DNA of 64,000 nucleotides from Escherichia coli (GTDB lineage Bacteria; Pseudomonadota; Gammaproteobacteria; Enterobacterales; Enterobacteriaceae): NCBI RefSeq assembly GCF_003018115.1, contig NZ_CP027457.1; one strand, 5' to 3'. Shown piece by piece: positions 11,176 to 22,083 of this stretch (position 1 is its first letter; each line of letters starts with the position of its first letter). The notes under the pieces were generated by a model. It saw only the letters and a program-made list of their open reading frames with translations, ran no database searches and was not told where the DNA came from. The position numbers and the translations under genes were made by a program.

Positions 11176-12018
11176 TTGAAAAAGCGCATCACCTTTATCG
11201 TTTTTCTTTGCGCCATCGTGGCGGCAAGCCTGTTTTTTGTGCAATCCTGCGTCCGTAAAAGCCAGCATGTCGCAGGGTTTCAGAATTATCAGGCCACTAT
11301 CGATGGTAAAGAGATTACAGGAGTAACTAAAAATATCTCCTCACTGACCTGGTCAGCGCAGAGCAATACCTTATTTAGCACTATCAACAAACCTGCAACC
11401 ATCGTTGAAATGACGACCGAGGGTGACTTGATCCGCACCATTCCGCTCGATTTTGTTAAGGATCTCGAGACGATTGAATACATTGGTGATAATAAATTTG
11501 TCATCAGTGATGAACGTGACTACGCCATTTATGTGATTTCACTTAACGCTGAGTCGGAAGTAAGCATCCTCAAAAAAATTAAAATCCCATTGCAGGAAAC
11601 GCCTACTAACTGTGGCTTTGAAGGACTGGCTTACTCCCCTCAGGACCATACCTTCTGGTTTTTTAAAGAGAAAAATCCGATAGAGGTCTACAAAGTAAAT
11701 GGGCTATTGCGTAGCGATGAGTTGCATATCAGCAAAGATAAAGCGTTGCAGCGTCAGTTTACTTTAGACGATGTTTCTGGCGCGGAATTTAACCCACAGA
11801 AAAATACGTTGCTGGTGTTGTCACATGAGTCACGCGCCCTGCAGGAAGTGACCGTGAGAGGTGACGTGATCGGCGAAATGTCGTTAACCAAAGGTAAGTA
11901 TGGCCTTTCACACAACATCAAGCAGGCGGAAGGGATAGCGATGGATGATAGCGGCAACATCTATATCGTTGGCGAACCGAATCTTTTTTATCGCTTTACG
12001 TCGACAAAATCACGATAA
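11176..12018 (+). CDS. yjiK: SdiA-regulated domain protein YjiK (280 aa, lipoprotein-like N-terminus)
   Basis: ORF track; signal/lipobox-like N-terminus (LFFVQSC); K-12 synteny next to yjiJ. Confidence 0.75.
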   Translation: MKKRITFIVFLCAIVAASLFFVQSCVRKSQHVAGFQNYQATIDGKEITGVTKNISSLTWSAQSNTLFSTINKPATIVEMTTEGDLIRTIPLDFVKDLETIEYIGDNKFVISDERDYAIYVISLNAESEVSILKKIKIPLQETPTNCGFEGLAYSPQDHTFWFFKEKNPIEVYKVNGLLRSDELHISKDKALQRQFTLDDVSGAEFNPQKNTLLVLSHESRALQEVTVRGDVIGEMSLTKGKYGLSHNIKQAEGIAMDDSGNIYIVGEPNLFYRFTSTKSR

Positions 12019-12085
12019 CAGTCTGGCAGGTTCTCCTTTTTTGTTATTAACTTGTTAACTCAAAATAATACAAACCAGGCAGAAC

Positions 12086-13264
12086 ATGAATTCGACATCG
12101 CATCCCGTAGAACGTTTTTCTTTCAGCACCGCGTTATTCGGGATGCTGGTTCTGACCTTAGGTATGGGTTTAGGCCGCTTTCTCTATACGCCGATGCTGC
12201 CAGTCATGCTGGCGGAAGGCGAGTTTTCATTTAGCGAACTCTCATGGATCGCCAGTGGTAACTATGCCGGGTATCTGGCGGGGAGCCTGCTGTTTTCATT
12301 CGGCGCGTTTCATTTACCCTCACGCCTGCGCCCGTTCCTGTTAGCTTCCGCCCTCGCAACCGGATTATTAATCCTCGCGATGGCGTGGCTGCCGCCGTTT
12401 CTTCTGGTTTTCATCATTCGCTTTCTGGCAGGAGTCGCCAGCGCCGGGATGTTGATTTTCGGCTCAACGCTCATCATGCAACATACTCGCCATCCTTTTG
12501 TCCTTGCGGCGCTATTTTCTGGTGTTGGCGTCGGCATCGCTCTGGGCAATGAATATGTGCTGGCAGGCCTGCATTTTGCCCTCTCTTCACAAACGTTGTG
12601 GCAAGGTGCCGGAGCACTTTCTGCCATTATATTGCTTGCTCTGGCGCTGCTCATCCCGTCGAATAAACACGTTATCCCGCCAGCGCCATTGGCAAAAATC
12701 GCGCAACAACCCATGAGCTGGTGGTTACTGGCGATTCTGTATGGTCTGGCGGGTTTTGGTTATATCATCGTCGCCACCTACCTGCCGCTCATGGCGAAAG
12801 ACGCGGGCCAGCCTGTGTTGACGGCTCACCTCTGGACACTGGTTGGCTTGTCGATTGTCCCAGGTTGCTTTGGCTGGCTGTGGGCAGCCAAACGGTGGGG
12901 AGCATTACCTTGCCTGACCGCGAATTTGCTGGTGCAGGCGATCTGCGTGCTGTTAACCCTCGCCAGCAGCTCTCCTTTATTACTCATCATCAGCAGTATT
13001 GGTTTTGGCGGCACCTTTATGGGAACGACCTCGCTGGTTATGACCATCGCCCGCCAGCTTAGCGTGCCGGGAAATCTTAACCTTTTGGGCTTTGTGACAC
13101 TCATTTATGGTATCGGGCAAATTCTTGGCCCGGCGCTGACCAGTATGCTCGGCAACGGAACGTCGGCGCTCGCCAGCGCCACACTCTGCGGCGCAGCGGC
13201 GCTATTTATCGCAGCATTAATCTGCGGGATGCAAATATTCAAATTGCATACGAATTATTCTTAA
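12086..13264 (+). CDS. yjiJ: MFS-type inner membrane transporter YjiJ (392 aa)
   Basis: ORF track 392 aa; polytopic hydrophobic sequence; synteny. Confidence 0.85.
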   Translation: MNSTSHPVERFSFSTALFGMLVLTLGMGLGRFLYTPMLPVMLAEGEFSFSELSWIASGNYAGYLAGSLLFSFGAFHLPSRLRPFLLASALATGLLILAMAWLPPFLLVFIIRFLAGVASAGMLIFGSTLIMQHTRHPFVLAALFSGVGVGIALGNEYVLAGLHFALSSQTLWQGAGALSAIILLALALLIPSNKHVIPPAPLAKIAQQPMSWWLLAILYGLAGFGYIIVATYLPLMAKDAGQPVLTAHLWTLVGLSIVPGCFGWLWAAKRWGALPCLTANLLVQAICVLLTLASSSPLLLIISSIGFGGTFMGTTSLVMTIARQLSVPGNLNLLGFVTLIYGIGQILGPALTSMLGNGTSALASATLCGAAALFIAALICGMQIFKLHTNYS

Positions 13265-13474
13265 GTAATTTAACGAATTTAACTTTTCAGTACATCACGT
13301 AAAATAATTAAAACATCCTTTTTCTTTGGAGGTACTCAGCCACCGCCGGTATTATTCCTGGTTTAGCAATTCCACGGCTAATTCATTATTTCTGGTCATA
13401 TTATAGTCAGGATCGCATTATATCTCCGTGCTAGAAAAAACAAGTTTAATTCTGTTTTTTCACGGAAGGTCACT

Positions 13475-16400
13475 ATGGCTTCGACAAATGCGCATCAAAT
13501 AAAAAATAATGATCAAAACTCTTTATGTGGTCTGGGTGACAAAATACGCCGCCTGACCGCCGGAGTTTGTTTATTTACACAAATTTTTTTCCCCGTCATG
13601 GCGACGGCACAAAATGTGGTACATGCTAAACCTCAGACGACAGTTTCATCTGCCCCCCCTCTAATAGAAAATAATACTGTGCCTTACACGCTTGGTGCGC
13701 TGGAATCAGCGCAAAGCGTTGCTGATCGCTTCGGTATTTCACTGGAGGAGCTTCGTCGTCTTAATCAGTTCCGTACTTTTGCTCGCGGCTTTGATAACGT
13801 GCGCCAGGGTGAGGAACTGGATGTTCCGGCAACAACCTCGCAGAAAAGCCATGAGCAACAAAATGCCATACCGCCTGCGAATGGCGAAAACACGCTGGAG
13901 AATCAAATAGCCAGCACCTCGCAGCGAGTTGGCACTCTGCTTTCACAAGATATGAATAGTGAGCAGGCCAGCGGCATGGCGCGTGGTTGGGCGTCTTCAG
14001 AAGCCTCTGGCGCGATGACTGATTGGTTAAATAACTTTGGTACTGCGAAAATCTCTCTGGGTGTGGATGAAGATTTTAGCCTGAAAAATTCGCAATTCGA
14101 CTTCCTGCATCCGTGGTATGACACACCTGATTATCTGCTCTTCAGCCAGCATACCCTTCACCGAACAGACGATCGTACCCAGATCAACACCGGGTTGGGC
14201 TGGCGTCATTTCACCTCCAGCTGGATGTCAGGCATCAACCTGTTTTTTGACCACGACCTGAGCCGCTATCACTCCCGCGCGGGGCTTGGCGCAGAATACT
14301 GGCGTGATTATCTGAAGTTGAGCAGCAACGCTTATATTGGCCTGACCGGCTGGCGTAGCGCACCAGAATTGGATTATGACTTCGAAGCCCGCCCGGCCAA
14401 CGGCTGGGATTTACGCGCGGAAGGCTGGTTACCTGCCTGGCCACAACTGGGGGGAAAACTGGTCTATGAACAATACTATGGCGATGAAGTGGCGCTGTTT
14501 GACAAGAACGATCGCCAAAGTAATCCCCATGCTATTACCGCGGGCCTCAACTATACCCCCTTCCCGCTTCTGACTCTCAGTGCGGAACAGCGTCAGGGGA
14601 AGCAAGGTGAAAATGACACACGTTTTGCCGTTGATCTGACCTGGCAACCCAGCAGTTCAATGCAGAAACAGCTTAACCCGGACGAAGTGGCCGGACGGCG
14701 CAGTCTGGCCGGTAGCCGTTATGACCTGATTGATCGCAACAACAACATCGTTCTGGAATACCGCAAGAAAGAGCTGATTCGCCTGAGTCTGCTGGATCCG
14801 GTGAAAGGGAAGTCTGGAGAAATAAAACCGCTGGTTTCCTCGCTACAGACCAAATATGCCCTTAAAGGCTATAACATCGAAGCCGCTGCGCTGGAAGCTG
14901 CCGGAGGTAAAGTCAGCACGTCTGGAAAAGATATCACGGTCACGCTGCCAGGTTACCGCTTCACTAACACCCCAGAAACCGATAATACATGGTCGATAGA
15001 CGTTACCGCCGAGGATGTAAAAGGTAACCTGTCACGTCATGAACAAAGCATGGTCGTCATTCAGGCTCCGACATTAAGCCAGAAAGATTCTCTGTTATCC
15101 GTTAATCCGCTAACCGTGGCTGCAGATAAAAAATCGACTACCACATTGACCGTTACTGCACACGATTCCGATGGAACCCCGGTGCCGGGGCTGGCGCTGC
15201 AAACCCGCAGTGAAGGCGTTCAGGATATCACCCTGTCTGACTGGACAGATAACGGTGATGGTAGTTACACACAGATACTGACCGCCGGAACGACATCAGG
15301 TTCAGTAACACTGACGCCGCAAATTAACGGTGAGAGTGCGGTAAAAGAATCCATCGTCGTTAATATCGTCCCTGTTGTCTCATCCCGCGACCATTCATCA
15401 ATAACAATTGATAACGTATCGTATTATGCCGGAGACGACATCAAGGTTAGGGTGGAACTGAAAGACGACAGCAATCAACCGGTTGCATATCAAAAAGAGG
15501 AATTGGTAAAAGCCGTTACTGTCGAAAACAGCAAACCTGGCGCCACGATTGTCTGGCACGAAGAGCAGCCGGGGGTTTATGCCGCGAATTATCCGGCCCA
15601 TAAGCAAGGGACTGCACTAAGGGCACAACTTAGCCTTCACAACTGGAATGCTCCACTGCAATCGCATATTTATAACATTGAGGCAAACCAGAATAAGGCT
15701 CGCGTCGCCACATTATCAGCGACAAATAATGACGTTTACGCCGATAAAAAGACATTTAATACCCTCACTATCAACGTCACTGATGAGAGTGATAATCCCC
15801 TGACAAATCATCAGGTCACCTTTAAGAATGAAAAAGGAAGCGCGGAATTTGTCGAACCGCCGCAGCAAAATACGGATGGATACGGTGTTGCCACAATCAA
15901 CATGGTAAGTCAGGTTGCGGAAGAAAATACGATTAGCGCCACGCTGCCAAATGGTTTCTCACAACGGATAATTGCGAAATTCGTTAGCGATTCGAGTACG
16001 CCAAAATTCAAACAACTGGTTGCCGATCCAGATACCATTATTGCTGGCAACAGCCAGGGCAGTACTCTGACCGCCATCGTCACAGACTTTCATAACAACC
16101 CGTTAAAAGATATGAAAGTGAATTTTGTGGCACCTGGTGGCTCGCAACTGGACAACACGACCGCCACAACAGACCAGTCCGGTATTGTGCGGGTGCACCT
16201 GACCAGTTCAAAAGCTGGTAGCTATTCCGTCGATGCCTCGCTTGAGGTGGATAAAAATATTCACCAGTCGGTCACGATCACCGTGGTCCCAAACAGGGAA
16301 CAATCGGTAATGACCTTGAATGCCGGGTCGGGCAGTGCGATCGCTAACAATACAAATACCGCTACCCTGACTGCCAGTGTGAAAGATGTTTATGGACACC

Positions 16401-18715
16401 CGTTGCCGGATGAGGATGTGAAATTTACCTTGCCAGCCTCCATGACCGGGAACTTCACGCTAAGTAGTGAAACCGCCCGCACCGATGCAAACGGTGATGC
16501 CGTGGTCACATTGCGAGGCACAAAAGCGGGTGAGTTTACAGTTACGGCGACGCTGACCAGAAATAATACCGTTGCTTATCAGCAAGTCACTTTTATTGGG
16601 GATACAAACAGTGCGCAGCTCCAGCCGCTGACTGCCTCATTAAATTCCATTGTTGCGGGTAACAGTACGGGGAGTACCCTGACGGCAACGATCCTGGACG
16701 CTTACCAAAATCCGCTTAAAGACCAGTTGGTCACTTTCCAGAGTAACGATGTCACTCTAAGCGGAACAGAAGTCACCACCAATACGCTGGGTCAGGCGAC
16801 GGTAACAATGACCAGCAATATTGCCGGACAACATAACGTCGTGGTGAGCCGGAAAGCGCAAGCCTCCGATAATAAAACGTTTAGTTTATCAGTGCTGCCG
16901 GATGAAAGTTCGGCGAAGGTAATAAGTATAACCGGAGCCGAAAAAACGATAACGGTGGGCGAAAACATCACGCTACGGATACTCGTCCAGGACGCGTTTA
17001 ACAATGTAATCGCGGGTCAACGCGTCAGATTAAGTGCGCAGCCAACAACTAACATTACGATAGGCGATACGGCTTACACCGATAATAACGGTTTTGCGTA
17101 CGTTAACCTTCTCAGCACCCAACCTGGGGTTTATCAGGTGACGGCAACGCTGGACAATAACAGTAGTAGTAAGGTTGACGTGAATGTGGCAAATGGCAAA
17201 CTCGAGTTAACATCATCGAAACCAGAAACCACGGTCCATAATAGTGAGGGTATTACGCTGACCGCAACGGCGAGAAATGCGCGGGGTGAATTGATGCCAG
17301 GGCAAATTATCACCTTTAGCGTAACGCCTGAAGGTGCAACGCTAAGCAATACAGGGGAAATCCTTACTGACCAGTCTGGTCAGGCCAAAGTGACGCTGAC
17401 CAGTGACAAAGTGAATGTCTATACCGTTACGGCCATAATGGGCAAAGATGTTCCCGTTCAGAGCCAGGTAACGGTTGCGGTTAAGGCAGATGCTAAAACG
17501 GCACATGTTGTGAGCGTCGTGGCTTCTCCTGACACCATCACCGCCGACGGCATCGATAGCAGCACCATCACTTCACGAGTAGAAGATGATTACGGATTCC
17601 CGGTTGAAGGTGTCGATGTTAGTTATGCCTTAGACACCAAAGGCAGCCCGGTAGTTAATATTCCAACTACGCGTACCGATCAGTCCGGGCAAGTCACGGC
17701 GACAATAACCAGTACATTGGCAGAAACCTTAACAGTCAATGTGCAAGTTCCTGGTACAGCCAACCAATCCGCAACCATTACATTGGTTGCCGGCACGGCC
17801 GATGAAAGTAAGTCAATTTTGAAATCCGATGTTGACACTCTGAAGGCTGACTACCAGCAGAGCGCAAAACTTACGCTAACATTGCAAGACAAGTACGGTA
17901 ACCCGATAGTGACGTCTGATCATCTGGAATTTGTCCAGTCAGGCCCCTTCGTGAACTTTCTCAAGTTGAGCGATATTGATTACAGCCAAAGAAATTATGG
18001 CGAGTACACCGTTACTGTCACTGGCGGAAAAGAGGGAACAGCGACCCTCATTCCCATGCTGAACGGGGTTCATCAGGCAAACTTAAGCATATCGCTGAAT
18101 CTCATCCACTCGATAAAAGAAATGTCCGGTCATGTCACTGCAAACAACCATACCTTCTCAACGGCTAAATTCCCGAGCGAAGGTTTTGCAGGAGCGTATT
18201 ACACACTCAACAATGATAACTTTGAAGCGGGTAAAACCGTTGATGATTATATGTTTTCAAGTTCACAGGGTTGGGTGTCTGTCGATGCTTCGGGTAAAGT
18301 TTCTTTCGCAAATATCGGCGATCAAACGTCAGTCACAATAAGCGCTGTTCCCCGACAAGGAGGTACAACCTACCAGACCTTAATTAAGCTGAAAGGCTGG
18401 TGGGTGAATAATGGAAATCATACCAATATCTGGCTAGCTGCCAATGCGCTCTGTCATGCTAAAAATGATGGATATAATCTTCCTGGCATCACACATTTGA
18501 CGTCTGGCGAAAACAAACGCACGCAGGGATCACTGTATGGTGAATGGGGGAACGTTGGAGCGTTTTCCAGTAATTCGCAATTTACACCGGGAGCTTACTG
18601 GACAAGTGAATCTGATGATTACAGTCGGCACTACTATGTGCAGATGCTAACCGGTATGACCGGAAGCGACGCTGATTCCAGCCCCCAACTGACCGCCTGC
18701 CGTAAATCACTTTAA
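13475..18715 (+). CDS. intimin/invasin-family inverse autotransporter adhesin (1746 aa): LysM, beta-barrel translocator, multiple Big (bacterial Ig-like) domains, C-terminal lectin-like domain
   Basis: N-terminal LysM-like segment (SVADRFGISLEELRRLNQFRTFARG); inverse-autotransporter barrel motifs (GVDEDFSLKNSQFDFLHPWYD, GLNYTPF); more than ten roughly 100-aa Ig-like repeats with recurring TLTATV.D..GNP patterns; distinct W/Y/G-rich C-terminal domain. K-12 has no gene between yjiJ and kptA. Confidence 0.85.
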   Translation: MASTNAHQIKNNDQNSLCGLGDKIRRLTAGVCLFTQIFFPVMATAQNVVHAKPQTTVSSAPPLIENNTVPYTLGALESAQSVADRFGISLEELRRLNQFRTFARGFDNVRQGEELDVPATTSQKSHEQQNAIPPANGENTLENQIASTSQRVGTLLSQDMNSEQASGMARGWASSEASGAMTDWLNNFGTAKISLGVDEDFSLKNSQFDFLHPWYDTPDYLLFSQHTLHRTDDRTQINTGLGWRHFTSSWMSGINLFFDHDLSRYHSRAGLGAEYWRDYLKLSSNAYIGLTGWRSAPELDYDFEARPANGWDLRAEGWLPAWPQLGGKLVYEQYYGDEVALFDKNDRQSNPHAITAGLNYTPFPLLTLSAEQRQGKQGENDTRFAVDLTWQPSSSMQKQLNPDEVAGRRSLAGSRYDLIDRNNNIVLEYRKKELIRLSLLDPVKGKSGEIKPLVSSLQTKYALKGYNIEAAALEAAGGKVSTSGKDITVTLPGYRFTNTPETDNTWSIDVTAEDVKGNLSRHEQSMVVIQAPTLSQKDSLLSVNPLTVAADKKSTTTLTVTAHDSDGTPVPGLALQTRSEGVQDITLSDWTDNGDGSYTQILTAGTTSGSVTLTPQINGESAVKESIVVNIVPVVSSRDHSSITIDNVSYYAGDDIKVRVELKDDSNQPVAYQKEELVKAVTVENSKPGATIVWHEEQPGVYAANYPAHKQGTALRAQLSLHNWNAPLQSHIYNIEANQNKARVATLSATNNDVYADKKTFNTLTINVTDESDNPLTNHQVTFKNEKGSAEFVEPPQQNTDGYGVATINMVSQVAEENTISATLPNGFSQRIIAKFVSDSSTPKFKQLVADPDTIIAGNSQGSTLTAIVTDFHNNPLKDMKVNFVAPGGSQLDNTTATTDQSGIVRVHLTSSKAGSYSVDASLEVDKNIHQSVTITVVPNREQSVMTLNAGSGSAIANNTNTATLTASVKDVYGHPLPDEDVKFTLPASMTGNFTLSSETARTDANGDAVVTLRGTKAGEFTVTATLTRNNTVAYQQVTFIGDTNSAQLQPLTASLNSIVAGNSTGSTLTATILDAYQNPLKDQLVTFQSNDVTLSGTEVTTNTLGQATVTMTSNIAGQHNVVVSRKAQASDNKTFSLSVLPDESSAKVISITGAEKTITVGENITLRILVQDAFNNVIAGQRVRLSAQPTTNITIGDTAYTDNNGFAYVNLLSTQPGVYQVTATLDNNSSSKVDVNVANGKLELTSSKPETTVHNSEGITLTATARNARGELMPGQIITFSVTPEGATLSNTGEILTDQSGQAKVTLTSDKVNVYTVTAIMGKDVPVQSQVTVAVKADAKTAHVVSVVASPDTITADGIDSSTITSRVEDDYGFPVEGVDVSYALDTKGSPVVNIPTTRTDQSGQVTATITSTLAETLTVNVQVPGTANQSATITLVAGTADESKSILKSDVDTLKADYQQSAKLTLTLQDKYGNPIVTSDHLEFVQSGPFVNFLKLSDIDYSQRNYGEYTVTVTGGKEGTATLIPMLNGVHQANLSISLNLIHSIKEMSGHVTANNHTFSTAKFPSEGFAGAYYTLNNDNFEAGKTVDDYMFSSSQGWVSVDASGKVSFANIGDQTSVTISAVPRQGGTTYQTLIKLKGWWVNNGNHTNIWLAANALCHAKNDGYNLPGITHLTSGENKRTQGSLYGEWGNVGAFSSNSQFTPGAYWTSESDDYSRHYYVQMLTGMTGSDADSSPQLTACRKSL

Positions 18716-18732
18716 TTTCAGCAGTTGTTATT

Positions 18733-18762
18733 AAAGGATACCCTTTTACGAGGGTATCCTTT
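18733..18762. terminator. hairpin between the convergent adhesin gene and kptA (possible bidirectional terminator)
   Basis: 11-bp stem aaaggataccc / gggtatccttt with an 8-nt loop; no strong U-tract, so weak. Confidence 0.35.
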
Positions 18763-18871
18763 CAGACTGATAACAAACGCTACATTGCCGGATGTGCTGC
18801 GCTTATCAGGCCTATATAACCCCTGCAATATATTGAATTTATTGTTTTTGTACCCCAGCCGGCATAAACGA

Positions 18872-19423
18872 CTACTCAAGAAACTCAACAGCAACCGTTG
18901 ATGTCAGCCAGACCCCGTTTTCCGCTTGCCAGAAAGGAATGCCTCGTTTCGCCATTTCCTGTGCTTTGACGGTTAAGACAACCGGCGATCCGTGTCTTGC
19001 TCCCACTTTGCGTGCCGTTGCTTCATCAGCAGAGAGATGCACGTAATGACGATCCCCTGCAATCAGCCCCTGTTTTTTTATCTCGTCAAGGAAACGGCTT
19101 GCCGTACCGTGGTAGAGAAACTGTGGCGGTGTTTTTTCGGCAAAGGAAATAGCGACCTGCGAAGTCGAATGCCCCTGAACCGCGCGGATGCACCTACCAT
19201 CACTGGAATAACTAAAACGCTTTTTATCGCTGGTTGCGACCACGGTATCCAGCAATGCACGGGTTAATCGCTTGCCCGCTTTTTGGGCACAAAGTATGAG
19301 CTTATCGATATCCGCCCATCCTTCACGGTCCAGTACGATACCAATCGCCTCCGGTTTGTGTCGGAGGACAAAACTTAAAAACTTGCTCGTATCCGCCAGC
19401 TCTTTTTCGTTGTGCTTTGCCAT
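18872..19423 (-). CDS. kptA: RNA 2'-phosphotransferase KptA (Tpt1 family)
   Basis: ORF track frame; start chosen at [22 protein letters not shown] (cat at 19421-19423), matching E. coli KptA; the ORF track start at 19525 is a spurious upstream extension. Confidence 0.9.
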   Translation of the reverse strand: MAKHNEKELADTSKFLSFVLRHKPEAIGIVLDREGWADIDKLILCAQKAGKRLTRALLDTVVATSDKKRFSYSSDGRCIRAVQGHSTSQVAISFAEKTPPQFLYHGTASRFLDEIKKQGLIAGDRHYVHLSADEATARKVGARHGSPVVLTVKAQEMAKRGIPFWQAENGVWLTSTVAVEFLE

Positions 19424-19680
19424 CTCGTTTTCGTCCCTGGATTTTCTGTTTTTATTTACCAATGTCATTGTCACTGGGTTTATGAATTTTCTGCAACTCA
19501 ATCCTGCGCAGAACCTTTTCCACACAGCGTAATGTTTCCCCTATGCAAAAAACGCATAGCCAGAAACATACTTGCATTTTCCCCATACCCACATGGCTGA
19601 TAAGATACCCACATGGCTGATAAGGTTTTTCAGTTCCAGGAATTTTCCTGGCTCAAGCAACACACAAACACAAAAAAACA

Positions 19681-20376
19681 ATGGGGATTGTTATGACACA
19701 ACAAGGGGATGCTGTAGCCGGGGAGCTGGCGACAGAAAAAGTGGGCATTAAAGGGTATCTGGCTTTTTTTCTCACCATAATCTTTTTTTCCGGTGTTTTT
19801 TCCGGAACAGACAGCTGGTGGCGCGTTTTTGATTTTTCCGTTCTGAACGGATCGTTTGGGCAACTGCCTGGTGCGAACGGAGCCACCACCTCATTTCGCG
19901 GCGCGGGTGGTGCGGGGGCTAAAGATGGCTTTCTCTTTGCGCTGGAGCTGGCACCGTCAGTCATTCTCTCTCTGGGGATTATTTCAATTACCGATGGTCT
20001 TGGTGGATTACGCGCCGCGCAGCAGTTAATGACACCTGTGCTAAAACCGTTGTTGGGCATTCCAGGGATCTGCTCGCTGGCGCTGATCGCTAACTTGCAA
20101 AACACTGATGCCGCCGCCGGTATGACCAAAGAGCTGGCGCAGGAAGGTGAAATTACCGAACGCGATAAAGTGATTTTCGCCGCATATCAAACCAGCGGTA
20201 GCGCCATCATCACCAACTACTTCTCTTCCGGCGTCGCGGTGTTCGCCTTTCTGGGCACGTCCGTAATCGTACCTTTAGCCGTCATCCTGGTGTTTAAATT
20301 TGTCGGAGCCAACATTTTGCGCGTCTGGCTTAACTTCGAAGAACGTCGCAACCCAACGCAAGGAGCGCAAGCATGA
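19681..20376 (+). CDS. yjiH: inner membrane protein YjiH (nucleoside-recognition-domain family)
   Basis: ORF track 231 aa (true start may be the Met at 19693); stop overlaps the yjiG start. Confidence 0.8.
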   Translation: MGIVMTQQGDAVAGELATEKVGIKGYLAFFLTIIFFSGVFSGTDSWWRVFDFSVLNGSFGQLPGANGATTSFRGAGGAGAKDGFLFALELAPSVILSLGIISITDGLGGLRAAQQLMTPVLKPLLGIPGICSLALIANLQNTDAAAGMTKELAQEGEITERDKVIFAAYQTSGSAIITNYFSSGVAVFAFLGTSVIVPLAVILVFKFVGANILRVWLNFEERRNPTQGAQA

Positions 20377-20834
20377 CAACTCAGGTCCGCAAAAACGTCA
20401 TGGATATGTTTATCGATGGCGCGCGCCGTGGCTTTACTATCGCCACGACCAACCTGCTGCCAAACGTGGTGATGGCGTTTGTCATCATTCAGGCGCTGAA
20501 AATTACCGGCCTGCTCGACTGGGTGGGGCATATCTGTGAACCCGTAATGGCGCTGTGGGGATTACCCGGTGAAGCGGCAACCGTCCTTTTAGCCGCATTA
20601 ATGAGTATGGGCGGCGCAGTCGGTGTTGCCGCCAGTCTGGCAACCGCTGGCGCATTAACCGGTCACGATGTCACCGTTTTACTGCCCGCGATGTATTTAA
20701 TGGGCAACCCGGTGCAAAATGTCGGTCGCTGCCTGGGGACAGCCGAAGTGAATGCCAAATATTACCCGCATATCATTACGGTCTGCGTGATTAACGCATT
20801 GCTGTCGATCTGGGTTATGCAGCTTATTGTTTAA
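20373..20834 (+). CDS. yjiG: inner membrane protein YjiG (SpmB-like, 153 aa)
   Basis: ORF track; ATGA overlap with yjiH; K-12 yjiH-yjiG-iadA operon arrangement. Confidence 0.85.
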   Translation: MTTQVRKNVMDMFIDGARRGFTIATTNLLPNVVMAFVIIQALKITGLLDWVGHICEPVMALWGLPGEAATVLLAALMSMGGAVGVAASLATAGALTGHDVTVLLPAMYLMGNPVQNVGRCLGTAEVNAKYYPHIITVCVINALLSIWVMQLIV

Positions 20835-20846
20835 CAAGGAGTTACC

Positions 20847-22019
20847 ATGATTGATTATACCGCAGCCGGTTTTACCCTGCTGCAGGGAGCGCATTTGTAT
20901 GCGCCAGAAGATCGGGGAATTTGCGATGTCCTCGTCGCTAACGGCAAAATTATCGCCGTTGCCAGTAATATCCCTTCTGACATTGTACCGGACTGCACGG
21001 TTGTCGATCTCAGCGGGCAGATCCTCTGCCCAGGTTTTATTGATCAACACGTCCATTTGATTGGCGGTGGCGGCGAAGCAGGTCCCACGACGCGCACGCC
21101 GGAAGTGGCGCTAAGTCGCCTGACGGAAGCGGGCGTCACGTCAGTGGTTGGTCTGCTGGGCACCGACTCTATCTCTCGCCACCCGGAATCCCTGCTCGCC
21201 AAGACCCGTGCGCTCAATGAAGAAGGCATCAGCGCCTGGATGCTGACCGGCGCTTATCATGTCCCTTCCCGCACCATTACGGGTTCCGTGGAAAAAGACG
21301 TGGCGATTATCGATCGTGTGATTGGCGTGAAATGCGCCATCTCTGATCACCGTTCTGCCGCACCGGACGTTTATCACCTGGCTAATATGGCGGCAGAATC
21401 CCGCGTTGGCGGTTTGCTCGGCGGTAAACCTGGCGTCACCGTGTTCCACATGGGCGACAGTAAAAAGGCATTACAGCCTATTTATGACCTGCTGGAAAAC
21501 TGCGATGTGCCGATCAGCAAGCTGCTGCCGACCCACGTTAACCGCAACGTACCGTTGTTTGAGCAGGCGCTGGAGTTCGCGCGCAAAGGCGGCACCATCG
21601 ATATCACCAGCAGCATTGACGAACCGGTCGCCCCTGCCGAAGGTATTGCCCGCGCCGTTCAGGCGGGTATTCCGCTGGCACGCGTCACCCTCAGCTCCGA
21701 CGGCAACGGTAGCCAGCCGTTCTTCGATGATGAAGGGAATTTAACCCATATCGGCGTTGCAGGTTTTGAAACGTTGCTGGAAACCGTGCAGGTGCTGGTT
21801 AAAGACTATGATTTCAGTATCAGCGATGCCCTGCGCCCGCTCACCAGTAGCGTAGCCGGTTTCCTTAACCTGAGCGGGAAAGGCGAAATTCTGCCAGGCA
21901 ATGACGCAGACTTACTGGTCATGACGCCAGAATTGCGCATTGAGCAGGTATACGCTCGCGGCAAACTGATGGTCAAAGACGGCAAAGCCTGCGTGAAAGG
22001 AACGTTTGAAACGGCTTAA
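20847..22019 (+). CDS. iadA: isoaspartyl dipeptidase IadA (390 aa)
   Basis: ORF track; amidohydrolase metal-binding motifs (DQHVHLIGGGGE); synteny. Confidence 0.9.
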   Translation: MIDYTAAGFTLLQGAHLYAPEDRGICDVLVANGKIIAVASNIPSDIVPDCTVVDLSGQILCPGFIDQHVHLIGGGGEAGPTTRTPEVALSRLTEAGVTSVVGLLGTDSISRHPESLLAKTRALNEEGISAWMLTGAYHVPSRTITGSVEKDVAIIDRVIGVKCAISDHRSAAPDVYHLANMAAESRVGGLLGGKPGVTVFHMGDSKKALQPIYDLLENCDVPISKLLPTHVNRNVPLFEQALEFARKGGTIDITSSIDEPVAPAEGIARAVQAGIPLARVTLSSDGNGSQPFFDDEGNLTHIGVAGFETLLETVQVLVKDYDFSISDALRPLTSSVAGFLNLSGKGEILPGNDADLLVMTPELRIEQVYARGKLMVKDGKACVKGTFETA

Positions 22020-22083
22020 ACGGTTGTCAGCCGCCCTAATGGACGTAGAATGCCCCCAAGGGCGGCTGACAGAGTAAAACGTA

